Shown one piece after another: positions 17,546 through 27,386 of a DNA stretch of 36,129 nucleotides (the stretch's first letter is position 1; each line of letters begins with the position of its first letter). Origin of the DNA: Fidelibacterota bacterium (GTDB lineage Bacteria > Fidelibacterota > Marinisomatia > Marinisomatales > CAZVFT01). Position numbers and translations under genes: made by a program. The notes under the pieces are model-generated. The model was not told the DNA's origin. It did not search any database and worked only from the letters and a program-made list of their open reading frames with translations. The stretch spans positions 1 through 36,129 of the forward strand of contig JACNLN010000099.1 in the NCBI GenBank assembly GCA_014381485.1, read 5' to 3'.

Positions 17546-18466
17546 TTATGCATCAAAGAAATTATTTGGAAATCCCAAGGTTTCAATTTCCAGATTGAGA
17601 TAAACTCCAAATTTTTCTTTCACTGTTTTACGAGCAAGTCGAATAAGTTGAGCCATATCTTCGGCGGTAGCATTCCCACAATTAATGAAAAAATTGGCAT
17701 GTTTTGCGGAAATCTCTGCATCACCCCGATGGACACCTTTTAGCCCAGCTTGATCAATAAGATATCCCGCTGGTTTTGTATCAGGTGGATTTCTAAAAAC
17801 ACTTCCAGCGGAACGATTCTGGATAGGTTGGGAAGTTTTACGACTGGTAATGGCTTGTGACATACGATCCTGAATTTCTTCCTTTACCCCCTTATCAAAT
17901 TCGAATTCTGCCGAGAGAATTATCTCTTTAGAATCCATGAGAGAGGAATACCTGTAATCAAAAACGACATCCTTTTTTCTGATTCTTTTTTTCTTACCTG
18001 ATGTGGACATAATGTCAAGGAGGATCAGATGATTTGATATCTCTTCGCCGTATGCACCAGCATTCATCACAAGTGCACCTCCCAAGGTTCCAGGGATGCC
18101 CATTAGATTCTCCATTCCGGTAAGATTGTGTTTGGCACATTCTTTAACAAACTTACTCATTATCACGCCACTCTGAACGTACACGTTTCTATCTGGGATC
18201 CTTAACTCTTTGAATGTTTTGCGAAGACTGATCACGATACCATCAAAACCGTGATTACTCACCAGGAGATTGGAGCCAGAACCGATGACATAGACAGGAA
18301 ATCGCTGGGAGTGAGCAAATTTCAATATTGTTTCGAGATCGTTTTCATCAACGGGATATAAAAATGCCGTGACAGGTCCACCAATTCCGTATGTAGTATG
18401 TTTGGACATTGGCTCGTTTTCAAGAAATGTTCCTCTTACCATTGTTTTTAATCGATTAAGGTTCAC
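17546..18466 (-). CDS. murB: UDP-N-acetylenolpyruvoylglucosamine reductase
   Basis: Has MSKHTTYGIGGP, IGSGSNLL, GIPGTLGGALVMNAGAYG and SAGSVFRNP motifs. GTG start at 18466; an alternative ATG lies at 18442. Confidence 0.95.
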   Translation of the reverse strand: MNLNRLKTMVRGTFLENEPMSKHTTYGIGGPVTAFLYPVDENDLETILKFAHSQRFPVYVIGSGSNLLVSNHGFDGIVISLRKTFKELRIPDRNVYVQSGVIMSKFVKECAKHNLTGMENLMGIPGTLGGALVMNAGAYGEEISNHLILLDIMSTSGKKKRIRKKDVVFDYRYSSLMDSKEIILSAEFEFDKGVKEEIQDRMSQAITSRKTSQPIQNRSAGSVFRNPPDTKPAGYLIDQAGLKGVHRGDAEISAKHANFFINCGNATAEDMAQLIRLARKTVKEKFGVYLNLEIETLGFPNNFFDA

Positions 18467-18467
18467 T

Positions 18468-19856
18468 TTATGTTTTAATGTTTTTCTCTGTTAACAAGTT
18501 GACAAATTCATCGTTAATTTTCCAGATATCGCCTGCTCCCATGGTAATTATGATATCACCGGGTGATGCAATTTTTTCAAGTAAATCAACAATAGCATTT
18601 TTATCTTCAACCCAGTGGACATTTTTATGCCCAAATCGTTTTGCCGCATCGGTAATGACTTTACCTGTCAGACCCTCGATTGGCTCTTCTCTTGCAGGGT
18701 AAATATCAGTGACGATGAGAACATCACTGAGAAGAAATGATCGGGCAAATTCCTCATAAAATTTTTGGGTTCGACTGTATAAGTGTGGCTGAAATACAGA
18801 TACCAATCTACGATTCCAACCTTGTTTGATTGCTTCGAGGGTCGCCAATACTTCCGTAGGGTGATGTGCATAATCATCCATAACCATTAGGTCGTTAAAA
18901 ACCCCTTTAATTTCCTGCCGTCGCTGAACCCCCTGGAAAGAATTCAATCCTGTTTGTATAGTTTTAAAATCAAGGTTCAATTCTAGACCAAGTGCCACTA
19001 CTGCCAGCGCATTACAAACGTTATGCTTCCCCGGAACATTGAGATGTATTTTTCCGAGAACACTCCCATTCTGTTGAACTTGAAAGTTGGTATCCATTTC
19101 ATTGAAGGCAACACTTTTTGCTTGCAGATCGGCTTGATTTGAAAACCCATAAGAGATAACAGGACGGTGGATGTCTGGTAAAATATTCTGAATGTATGGT
19201 TCATCAAGACAGGCTATCACGGCACCGTAAAAAGGGACTGCGTTGGCAAACTGAGTAAAAGAGTTAAAAAGGTCAGTTTTATTCTGATAACACTCCATGT
19301 GATCCAGGTCAATGGTGGTAATAATAGAATAGGTAGGTTGTAGTTGAAGAAAACTCCTATCGAACTCATCAGCTTCTACCACAATGGTGTTCCCAGAACC
19401 AAGGATGGCGTTGACATCCAGACTTTTTACCACTCCTCCAACAACGATAGTAGGATCAATACCAGCTTCTGTTAGAAGAGCTCCTATCATAGAAGTAGTG
19501 GTTGTTTTTCCGTGAGTTCCTGCTACTGCTATACTTCTTTCCTTCAATTTTAATAATTCCCCAAGCATTTCCGCTCGACGAATAATGGGGATATTGTTAT
19601 CCCTGGCGGCATGAATTTCAGGATTATCAAGTGTTACAGCGGAAGAGTATACAAGAACATCACACTCTTTAACGTTATCGTATGAGTGATTGGTATAAAT
19701 TGTTGCTCCTTTAGCTTCCAGTTTCTTTGTGATTTCGGTTGGATTGAGATCAGAGCCATAGATTTTAAATCCGAGATTAATCAGAAGTTCAGCAATACCA
19801 CTCATACCAATTCCGCCAATGCCTACAAAATGGACTTTTTTGACTTTTCCAAACAT
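18468..19856 (-). CDS. murC: UDP-N-acetylmuramate--L-alanine ligase
   Basis: Has VHFVGIGGIGMSGIAE and the GTHGKTTTTSM P-loop. DDYAHHPTE is the MurC-specific motif. Confidence 0.97.
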   Translation of the reverse strand: MFGKVKKVHFVGIGGIGMSGIAELLINLGFKIYGSDLNPTEITKKLEAKGATIYTNHSYDNVKECDVLVYSSAVTLDNPEIHAARDNNIPIIRRAEMLGELLKLKERSIAVAGTHGKTTTTSMIGALLTEAGIDPTIVVGGVVKSLDVNAILGSGNTIVVEADEFDRSFLQLQPTYSIITTIDLDHMECYQNKTDLFNSFTQFANAVPFYGAVIACLDEPYIQNILPDIHRPVISYGFSNQADLQAKSVAFNEMDTNFQVQQNGSVLGKIHLNVPGKHNVCNALAVVALGLELNLDFKTIQTGLNSFQGVQRRQEIKGVFNDLMVMDDYAHHPTEVLATLEAIKQGWNRRLVSVFQPHLYSRTQKFYEEFARSFLLSDVLIVTDIYPAREEPIEGLTGKVITDAAKRFGHKNVHWVEDKNAIVDLLEKIASPGDIIITMGAGDIWKINDEFVNLLTEKNIKT

Positions 19857-20970
19857 TACTGATATACCAGCTCTAAAATGTTATCAACAATTGTATTGGC
19901 TGCATCTGGTGTTGAAACCGATCTGGCTGCATTTTCCATTTCCACAAGTTTTTCTCTATCGCTCAATAATTGCTCAACTTCGTGAATAAAGCGCTCTTTG
20001 GTCAATTTATTTTCAGAAAGAACTATAGCTGCCCCAGCTTTTTCAAGGCTCCGGGCATTTTTAGTCTGGTGATCAGCCGCAGCTCCGTGGAAGGGAATGA
20101 GGAGGGAAGGTTTGCCACAATAGGCAATTTCTGAGAGAGCGATGGCGCCTGCCCTTGAAATTACCAGGTCTGCCGCCGCATAGGCAGAGTCCATATGATC
20201 GATAAACGGATGTAGGGAAATGGATGAATATTTCGATTCAAAATGTTGTAAATCATCAAAATGAGTGGGACCAGTTTGCCAGATAAACTGGATGTTAAGT
20301 TTACCTGCAAGGTAGTCAAGAGACTCTGAAACCATCGAATTAATGAAAAGAGATCCCTGGCTTCCACCAATGATGGTAATGATGGGATGATCTGGATCAA
20401 GTTGGAACTTGGACAGAGCTTTGGATCTATTCATCAGCGATAATTCCTTGCGGATTGGATTTCCCGTGAAAACGAAATTTTTTTTTTAAGATAGCGTTCT
20501 GTATCGTGGTAACTTATACAGACTCTATACACTCGACTTGCCAGCCATCGGGTGGTAAATCCTGGAAACGAGTTCTGTTCATGGATGAGTGTTGGAATTC
20601 CTTTGTGAATTGCCCCTAAAATGGGAAGCCCACTGGCATATCCTCCAGTTCCAATGACGATATCAGGAGAAAAAGTTCGTAAAAGTCTTCTCGTTTTGAT
20701 GTAGGATCCCATAAATCGTAAGGGAAAGAGAATATTTCTTATCAAAGATGTGATTGAAAGTCCTCTCCCAAAACCCCGGATGTTGAGGAGGGTGAAGGAT
20801 TCCTCCCTACTTTTAAATTTATCAGCTTCAATCCCGAACTTTGAACCAACAAAATGTATGGCGGAGTCAGAAATTCGTTTTTTTAGAGTATCAGCAATGG
20901 CAAAAGCGGGGAAAAGATGACCCCCTGTTCCTCCGCCAGCGATAATTAATTTGATTGATTTATTTTGCAA
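19856..20970 (-). pseudogene. murG: murG (lipid II GlcNAc transferase) interrupted by a single frameshift in an A10 tract; an intact ~371-aa product needs A11 or a -1 slip
   Basis: ORF 20434..20970 is the N-domain (IIAGGGTGGHLFPA, HEQNSFPG). ORF 19856..20434 is the C-domain (IIGGSQGS, ISRAGAIALSEIAYCGKPSLLIPF). The -1 frame through the run reads NFVFTGNPIRKEL, the conserved TGNPxR motif. It is closed by TAA at 20488-20486, immediately 5' of the run (T10 on + at 20478-20487). Confidence 0.9.
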
Positions 20971-22105
20971 AGAGGATCCTCGCTCCTTTTTTGTGTCTTA
21001 CAGACCGTTTTGCCATTGAAATGTTAAGCAAGATACCAATTGTCATCATATTGATTACCAACCCGGTACCTCCAAAACTGATAAAAGGTATGGGCAATCC
21101 GGTGGTAGGAACCAAAGCCGTTACTACAGCTGAATTGATGAAAGCATAGGTTATCATTTTCACCGATATACCTATAGCCAGCATGATACCAAAAATATCG
21201 GTGCAATTTTTTGATATTTTTATTCCTCTCTGGAAAATGGCGAGGAATAGGGTGAGAATAATAAAGGTGCCGATAAATCCAAACTCTTCACCAATGATTG
21301 ACATAATAAAATCGGTGTGAGGTTCTGGAAGAAACAGATTTTTCCCCACACTTTCACCAAGCCCAACCCCAAAAAGTCCACCATTTCCCAGACTTGTGAG
21401 AGACTGTTTCACTTGATAATTCATCCCACAGAGATCTGATCCAAAAGTAAAAAAAGACTTTATCCTTTCAAGGCGGTAGGGAGCAATTAACATAACAGGA
21501 ATGATAATCGCTAAGCCTGTACTGCCAGTCGCCAGCAGATGGCTAATTTTTGCTTTTCCTATGAACAGAAGTGTACCCATAATAACTGCAATCATAATGG
21601 CTGTGCTAAAATCTGGTTGAATGATAATCAATGCCATTATGAGACCTACCATCACAAGGGGGGGAAGGAATCCATAAATGAAATCATTTATTTGATCTCT
21701 CTTTTCATCGATATATGATGCCAGATAGAGTATAATTGCAAATCTTGCAAGATCTGATGTTTGCCATCCAAAAGAACCAACATACAGCCATCTTGCTGAA
21801 TGTGTGCTTCCCCTTAAGGTATAACTGATTTTAGTAATCAATAGGATAATGATGGTAAATATGAGAAGTGGAGCGGCAAACTTTTTCAACTTTTGGTAGT
21901 CAATATGCATAAACAAAAACATAGCAGTTAGACCGATAACGACTCTGATCATGTGACGTTTGAAATAGTGTGTACCGACCCCGAACATATCCATAGAGAT
22001 ATTAATACTGGAACTGAATATCATCACAGTACCCAGCGTAGTAAGCGCCAGTGTTAGACCTAAAAGGGTTTTATCATACTTTTTTGAAGAAACCAGTAAT
22101 GGCAT
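20960..22105 (-). CDS. ftsW: SEDS-family peptidoglycan polymerase/lipid II flippase FtsW
   Basis: 10-TM protein with QPDFSTA, LPEPHTDFI and GLPIPFISFGGTG SEDS motifs. It sits in the dcw slot between murD and murG. Confidence 0.95.
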   Translation of the reverse strand: MPLLVSSKKYDKTLLGLTLALTTLGTVMIFSSSINISMDMFGVGTHYFKRHMIRVVIGLTAMFLFMHIDYQKLKKFAAPLLIFTIIILLITKISYTLRGSTHSARWLYVGSFGWQTSDLARFAIILYLASYIDEKRDQINDFIYGFLPPLVMVGLIMALIIIQPDFSTAIMIAVIMGTLLFIGKAKISHLLATGSTGLAIIIPVMLIAPYRLERIKSFFTFGSDLCGMNYQVKQSLTSLGNGGLFGVGLGESVGKNLFLPEPHTDFIMSIIGEEFGFIGTFIILTLFLAIFQRGIKISKNCTDIFGIMLAIGISVKMITYAFINSAVVTALVPTTGLPIPFISFGGTGLVINMMTIGILLNISMAKRSVRHKKGARILFAK

Positions 22106-23484
22106 TAAATGGACTCCAATAGCTCAATTACAGTTTGTTTGAAGATCTCTCCCCGGTGCTCATAATTGTCAAACATATCAAAACTGGAACAGCCCGGAGA
22201 TAGGAGCACAATATCGTCAGGTTGTGTTTTTGAATAGGCTGTTTTTACAGCCGATTCCAGGGAGGCAACAGGCATACAATAAAACTGCTCACCAAGTGTT
22301 TCTATAATTCGATCAGAAGTCTCTCCAATAACAAGAATTGTTTTCACATTGGGTGTGAGGTGTGGAATAAGTTTCGAAAAATCTCCACCCTTATCCCGTC
22401 CGCCGAGGATAAGAATGATAGGTCGTGAAAATGAATTCAGAGCCACGTTAACTGATTCAACATTTGTTGCTTTCGAATCATTATAGTAGTCCACTTCGTT
22501 AATGGAGCAGATATGTTCAATGCGATGAGGAACTCCACGAAAGGTTGTCATGACTTTCCGAATACTATCCATCGGGACGTTTAATATTTTACACACTGTA
22601 GAAGCGGCTAAAAAATTGGCTGTGTTATGTTCACCAGGGAGACTAAGATCTTTAAAATGTGCAATAATATTTCCATGTTTATCTTTAATCTTTGTTGCAT
22701 TGATGCTGAAAAGAGAATTGGAGTGGTTTTTCAATGTAAAAGGAATCTGCCTTGCTCTGGTGTGTATCCAACTTGTGAGTAATATATCGTCAGCATTGTA
22801 AATCACTTTATCCTTATCAGTCATATTTTTCAGAATTTGCATTTTGGCAGTAGCATACTCCTCCATAGAAATGTAGCGATCAAGATGGTCGGGTGTTAGA
22901 TTCAAGAGTACAGCCACATGCGGCGTAAAGTGTTTGATATGTTCCATTTGAAAGCTGCTGATTTCAAGAATGTATATCCCATTTTCAGGCTCGGTCTCGA
23001 GATTTTCTCTGACAATCTGTGAAAATGGGATCCCCACATTCCCTGCGAGGTAGGGGGTGTATGTAGAGAGCTGGCACATTTCGGCTATAATGGTGGTGGT
23101 GGTTGTTTTACCGTTGGATCCTGTAATTGCTACAATGGGAAGTTCAGTGAACCAGCTTGCAAGTTCAACTTCACCAATGACTGATATATCCCTCTCCTTA
23201 GCGGTGACGATGATGTCAGAATTTTGTGGGACTCCCGGGCTCACAACCATAAGGTCAGTATCATAAATCATTTCGGAGTGAGCCCCCACTTCAATGGTGA
23301 CTCCTTTTTTTTGTAATGCTTTTACTTCTGGATTATCACCTGGACTTGAATTTTTATCGCTTAAAAATACTTTTGCACCTAAAGTAAGTAATAGTTCAGA
23401 GGCTGCTACTCCACTCCGAGCTGCGCCAATAACAGTTACCCGTTTCCCTTTTAATTTGATGTTATTTTTTACGCTGATATCCAT
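22105..23484 (-). CDS. murD: UDP-N-acetylmuramoylalanine--D-glutamate ligase
   Basis: Has [21 protein letters not shown] and the DSKATN motif. The track ORF extends to 23571, but that extension lies inside mraY. ATG at 23484-23482 overlaps the mraY TAA by one base (TAATG), giving 459 aa. Confidence 0.95.
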   Translation of the reverse strand: MDISVKNNIKLKGKRVTVIGAARSGVAASELLLTLGAKVFLSDKNSSPGDNPEVKALQKKGVTIEVGAHSEMIYDTDLMVVSPGVPQNSDIIVTAKERDISVIGEVELASWFTELPIVAITGSNGKTTTTTIIAEMCQLSTYTPYLAGNVGIPFSQIVRENLETEPENGIYILEISSFQMEHIKHFTPHVAVLLNLTPDHLDRYISMEEYATAKMQILKNMTDKDKVIYNADDILLTSWIHTRARQIPFTLKNHSNSLFSINATKIKDKHGNIIAHFKDLSLPGEHNTANFLAASTVCKILNVPMDSIRKVMTTFRGVPHRIEHICSINEVDYYNDSKATNVESVNVALNSFSRPIILILGGRDKGGDFSKLIPHLTPNVKTILVIGETSDRIIETLGEQFYCMPVASLESAVKTAYSKTQPDDIVLLSPGCSSFDMFDNYEHRGEIFKQTVIELLESI

Positions 23485-24587
23485 TAACGTATTTTGAATG
23501 TGGTTAATGATAGTAGAGCAAAAAGGATTCCAATAATCCAGAATCGTATGACAACTTGAGTTTCTTTCCAACCTTTTAATTCATAGTGATGATGGATGGG
23601 AGCCATATTGAACAATCGTTTTCCCACTCCATTTCGCTTCTTTGTAAAGTGGAAATAAGACAGTTGTATAATAACGGACAATGCTTCCCAAACGAAAACC
23701 CCGCCAATAATAAGAAGGAGCAGCTCTTTTTTTAATAAGATTGCCAGTGTTCCCAAAGCAGCACCTGTTGCCAGAGCTCCTGTATCTCCCATAAAAATTT
23801 TTGCCGGAGGAGCATTAAACCATAAAAATCCAAGACAAGCTCCCATCATTGATGATGCATAGATACTCAATTCACCACTTCCAGGTAAATAAACAATGTT
23901 TAAATAATTGCTGAAGTCAACACGACCAGAAATGTATGCGATAGCACCAAATGCTACAGCACATATGGCTAATAACCCGGAAGCAAGTCCATCGAGACCA
24001 TCTGTAAGATTGACAGCATTGGAAGAAGCCATTACCACCAGAATCACCCAAGGAACATAAAAACTACCAAAATTAATTTCATAGTTCTTGAAAAATGGTA
24101 CTGATGTAATGGATCTGGCACTTTCAAATTCCTGATGAAAATAAATCCAACCTCCGATGACAAGTCCAAGTAATATCTGTCCTACAATTTTGTAACGTGC
24201 AACCAACCCTTTATCAAGTTTGCGAACACTTTTTAAATAGTCATCCAGGAAACCAATTAATCCCATCCACACGGTGGCTATTAGAATTATATGGATGTAT
24301 GTGTTTGTCAGATTTGCCCAGAGAAGAGTGGGGAGAATCATTGCCAGTAAAATGATGATTCCCCCCATTGTAGGCGTGCCCTTCTTATTGAAGTGGGTAT
24401 CTGGTCCACTTTCACGGATAGATTCAAAAATGAAGCGTTTCTGTAGCGATTTGATAATCAGAGGTCCGATAAAAAAGCTAATAAGAAGTGCTGTAATGGC
24501 TGCCATCGCAGCACGAAAGGTGATATAGTGAAAAAGATTGAGTCCGGAGATGTAAGATTTTAGCGGATAAAAGAGATGGTAAAACAT
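23484..24587 (-). CDS. mraY: Phospho-N-acetylmuramoyl-pentapeptide transferase
   Basis: Has GTPTMGG, NAVNLTDGLDGLA, MGDTGALA and APIHHHYE motifs. Confidence 0.97.
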   Translation of the reverse strand: MFYHLFYPLKSYISGLNLFHYITFRAAMAAITALLISFFIGPLIIKSLQKRFIFESIRESGPDTHFNKKGTPTMGGIIILLAMILPTLLWANLTNTYIHIILIATVWMGLIGFLDDYLKSVRKLDKGLVARYKIVGQILLGLVIGGWIYFHQEFESARSITSVPFFKNYEINFGSFYVPWVILVVMASSNAVNLTDGLDGLASGLLAICAVAFGAIAYISGRVDFSNYLNIVYLPGSGELSIYASSMMGACLGFLWFNAPPAKIFMGDTGALATGAALGTLAILLKKELLLLIIGGVFVWEALSVIIQLSYFHFTKKRNGVGKRLFNMAPIHHHYELKGWKETQVVIRFWIIGILFALLSLTTFKIR

Positions 24588-25930
24588 TATACCTTGAATA
24601 CCTCCTCAATGATGGTTTCCATCTCAACCCCTCTGGATCCTTTTACCAGGACAACATCCCCGGATTTGATGATGCTTTTCAGGTCACTTACCAGTGCATC
24701 TTTGTCAGTGTAATGAGTGGCAAGTATCTTATCCTTTGCCGCATTAACTGTTGATATAGAATCACTGCCATAGCAGAAAAGTGCATCTACACCAGATTGA
24801 ACACATTGTTTGCCCACCTCTTGGTGGTAGATTTCTGAGTCCTTACCCAATTCCAGCATATCTCCGAACACAACAATTCGCTTGCCGTTTGCAGGCAGAG
24901 AAAAAAGTAAATTGATAGCAGCTGATGTAGACTGGGGATTTGCGTTGTAAGTATCATCGATGATAGTGATATCTTCAAAATGTTTTACCCGGCATCTCCC
25001 ACTGGTAGGTTCGAAAGTTGGTACCTGTTTCTGAATCGTTTCCCAGCTTACATCAAATGATGCGGCTACGGTACATGCTGCTACTACATTTATTGCAAAA
25101 GTCTCATTGTAAGAGTTCAGATTGATCTCGTATCCGTTGATGATTAGAGATAGGGGTTCATTTTTAGGGTGATAAATATCGGAGGAAAAATCACACTTAT
25201 GTGAAAATCCATAAGTAATTGTTTGAGCTTCTGTCCATAGCGATTTGACGTGTTCATCTTCAGCATTGATAAATGCAATTCCATTCTTTGGCAGGCATTT
25301 AAAAAGTTCCCCTTTAGTTTTAATCACATTTTCTATAGTACCAAAATATTGAAGGTGGGCAGGAGCGATATTGGTTATCAAACCGTAGTGAGGTTGAGCG
25401 ATGTCGCAGAGATAACCAATATCGCCCATAGTATTGGCTCCCATTTCCAATATGGAGAGAGTGTGGTGGTGGGATAGCTCAAGTAAAGTAAGGGGCAATC
25501 CAAGGCGGGTGTTGTAATTTCCACGAGTCCCGTGTATTGGACCGGTTGAGGAAATGATATGTACTAAAAGATCTTTTGTTGTGGTTTTTCCATTACTCCC
25601 GGTGATGGCAAGAATGGGGGTTTTAAAATTTGTCCGCCAGACCTTCGATAGGATAGAGATAGTTTCTGTTACATTATCAACGGAAATTTGTGGGAGATTA
25701 ACAGTTGTATCTCTATGCGTAACCAGTGCAGCGGTGCATCCTTTATCTTTGGCATGAGCGAGGTAACGATGACCATCTGTTTTTTCTCCTTTCAAAGCTA
25801 AAAACAGATCACCAGGCATCGCTTCAAAACTATCCGTTACTATTCCAGTAATGACTGCATCAACATCTTTTTTAATCTCCACTTCCATCATCTGATGAAA
25901 TAGATCTGGATCTGGTAAATCAATTCTCAT
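24587..25930 (-). CDS. murF: UDP-N-acetylmuramoyl-tripeptide--D-alanyl-D-alanine ligase
   Basis: Has [20 protein letters not shown] and the C-terminal VLVKGSRG. The track start at 25984 is a TTG lying 65 nt inside murE. I prefer ATG at 25930 (MRIDLPDP...), which gives an 11-nt overlap with murE. Confidence 0.92.
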   Translation of the reverse strand: MRIDLPDPDLFHQMMEVEIKKDVDAVITGIVTDSFEAMPGDLFLALKGEKTDGHRYLAHAKDKGCTAALVTHRDTTVNLPQISVDNVTETISILSKVWRTNFKTPILAITGSNGKTTTKDLLVHIISSTGPIHGTRGNYNTRLGLPLTLLELSHHHTLSILEMGANTMGDIGYLCDIAQPHYGLITNIAPAHLQYFGTIENVIKTKGELFKCLPKNGIAFINAEDEHVKSLWTEAQTITYGFSHKCDFSSDIYHPKNEPLSLIINGYEINLNSYNETFAINVVAACTVAASFDVSWETIQKQVPTFEPTSGRCRVKHFEDITIIDDTYNANPQSTSAAINLLFSLPANGKRIVVFGDMLELGKDSEIYHQEVGKQCVQSGVDALFCYGSDSISTVNAAKDKILATHYTDKDALVSDLKSIIKSGDVVLVKGSRGVEMETIIEEVFKV

Positions 25931-27386
25931 TATTAGCTCTATTAATGACCTCAATGTCTGAGTAAGGGATTTTTTTAGTACCAAAGATTTGATAATTTTC
26001 CCGACCTTTTCCCAGTATGGCTAAAATATCATTGGGTTTCATTTGAGATATGGCGTTACGGATAGCATCTGCACGATTTGAATAAAATGCGTGATTGTTT
26101 TTCTCGAATCCTGCTGCAATGTCTTTATTTATTTTCTCGATGGATTCAGTTCTAGGATTATCAGGTGTTACAAACACATGGTCTGTATATGTTTCTGCTA
26201 CAGATGCCATTAACGGACGTTTTTCTGAGTCGCGATCACCACCGCACCCAAAAACGACCCAGAGTTTTCCCCCTCTGGTTAATAACATTCTCAATGAAGA
26301 TAGAAGCTTTTGATATGCGTCTGGAGTGTGGGCGTAATCAATAATAACGGTTGCACCATTTTTTAAACTAAAACATTCAATACGCCCGGGAACATTTTTA
26401 CATTCTAATACTCCTTGTTCAATGGCTTTATCTGGAATTCCAAGAGCCCATGCTGTAGATACCGCAGAAAGGATATTTTCAATATTGTGTACCCCGATGA
26501 GCGGTGATATGATATTGAGAGTTTTATTGTGAATCTTGATAATACCCGTTATCCCCTCACGGGACATTCCCCACGATTGGTATGTGACATCTGCTTTACC
26601 ATCCTTTCTAAATGATACCGGAGAAGCTTTTGTAATTTTTTTCAAATTCTCAAAATAGTGGTCATCAGCATTGATAACAGCTTTTCCCGTAGCAGGTATC
26701 ATTGAAAATAATCTCGATTTGGCTTTAAAGTAATTGTCCATTGTTTTATGATAATCGAGATGATCCTGAGTCAGGTTTGTGAAAACAGCAAAATCGAATT
26801 CCACATCATCCACACGATTTTGCGCCATAGAATGTGAAGAGACTTCCATAACTACGTGAGTAATGCCACCTTTGACAAAGAGACGCAAGATACGGTGCAG
26901 GTCGATACTGTCAGGTGTAGTGAGTTGTGTATCTGCTTTGAATCCTTCAGCCATTGCTCCAAGGGTTCCGATCAATCCCACTTTAATACCGTATGTTCTA
27001 AGAATGGAATAGAGAATATAGCTTGTTGTAGTTTTTCCATTGGTTCCAGTTATTCCAATCACAGTCAATTGGCGAGAAGGATGATCGTAGAAATTCGCAG
27101 CAATTCGAGAGAGTGCACTGCGAGGATGTTGAACTATTACCAGAGGTGTTTTAGGTCTATATGTTTCCACCTTTCCATTATCATCAGGTGAGATTACCAC
27201 AGCAGCACCTTGTTGGATTGCGTCTGAAATGAAATTGCTGCCATCCACAATGGTCCCGGGAATGGCAACAAACGCTGTACCAGGCCAGACATGACGAGAA
27301 TCAACGCAAATTGACTGCACAGGTATATTAAAGGATGTGTCAGACAGTATCTTCACGCCATTAAGAATGTGGTTTAAATTATTCAT
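25920..27386 (-). CDS. murE: UDP-N-acetylmuramoyl-L-alanyl-D-glutamate--2,6-diaminopimelate ligase
   Basis: Has [16 protein letters not shown], the [12 protein letters not shown]-loop, [10 protein letters not shown] and the DNPR motif, which indicates the meso-DAP-adding type. Confidence 0.96.
   Translation of the reverse strand: MNNLNHILNGVKILSDTSFNIPVQSICVDSRHVWPGTAFVAIPGTIVDGSNFISDAIQQGAAVVISPDDNGKVETYRPKTPLVIVQHPRSALSRIAANFYDHPSRQLTVIGITGTNGKTTTSYILYSILRTYGIKVGLIGTLGAMAEGFKADTQLTTPDSIDLHRILRLFVKGGITHVVMEVSSHSMAQNRVDDVEFDFAVFTNLTQDHLDYHKTMDNYFKAKSRLFSMIPATGKAVINADDHYFENLKKITKASPVSFRKDGKADVTYQSWGMSREGITGIIKIHNKTLNIISPLIGVHNIENILSAVSTAWALGIPDKAIEQGVLECKNVPGRIECFSLKNGATVIIDYAHTPDAYQKLLSSLRMLLTRGGKLWVVFGCGGDRDSEKRPLMASVAETYTDHVFVTPDNPRTESIEKINKDIAAGFEKNNHAFYSNRADAIRNAISQMKPNDILAILGKGRENYQIFGTKKIPYSDIEVINRANNEN

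Noticed and set aside
20440-20478. A stimulatory RNA structure for programmed -1 frameshifting downstream of the murG A10 run
   Set aside because: Only 3-4-bp pairings (TTTC/GAAA, GGA/TCC) are available within about 60 nt downstream. There is no convincing stem-loop or pseudoknot, so classical PRF cannot be supported from sequence alone.
23485-23571. Upstream extension of murD in the track; likewise murF 25931..25984
   Set aside because: The extensions overlap the 3' ends of mraY and murE, and the murF extension starts at TTG. Internal ATGs at 23484 and 25930 give proteins of normal length with the usual N-termini.
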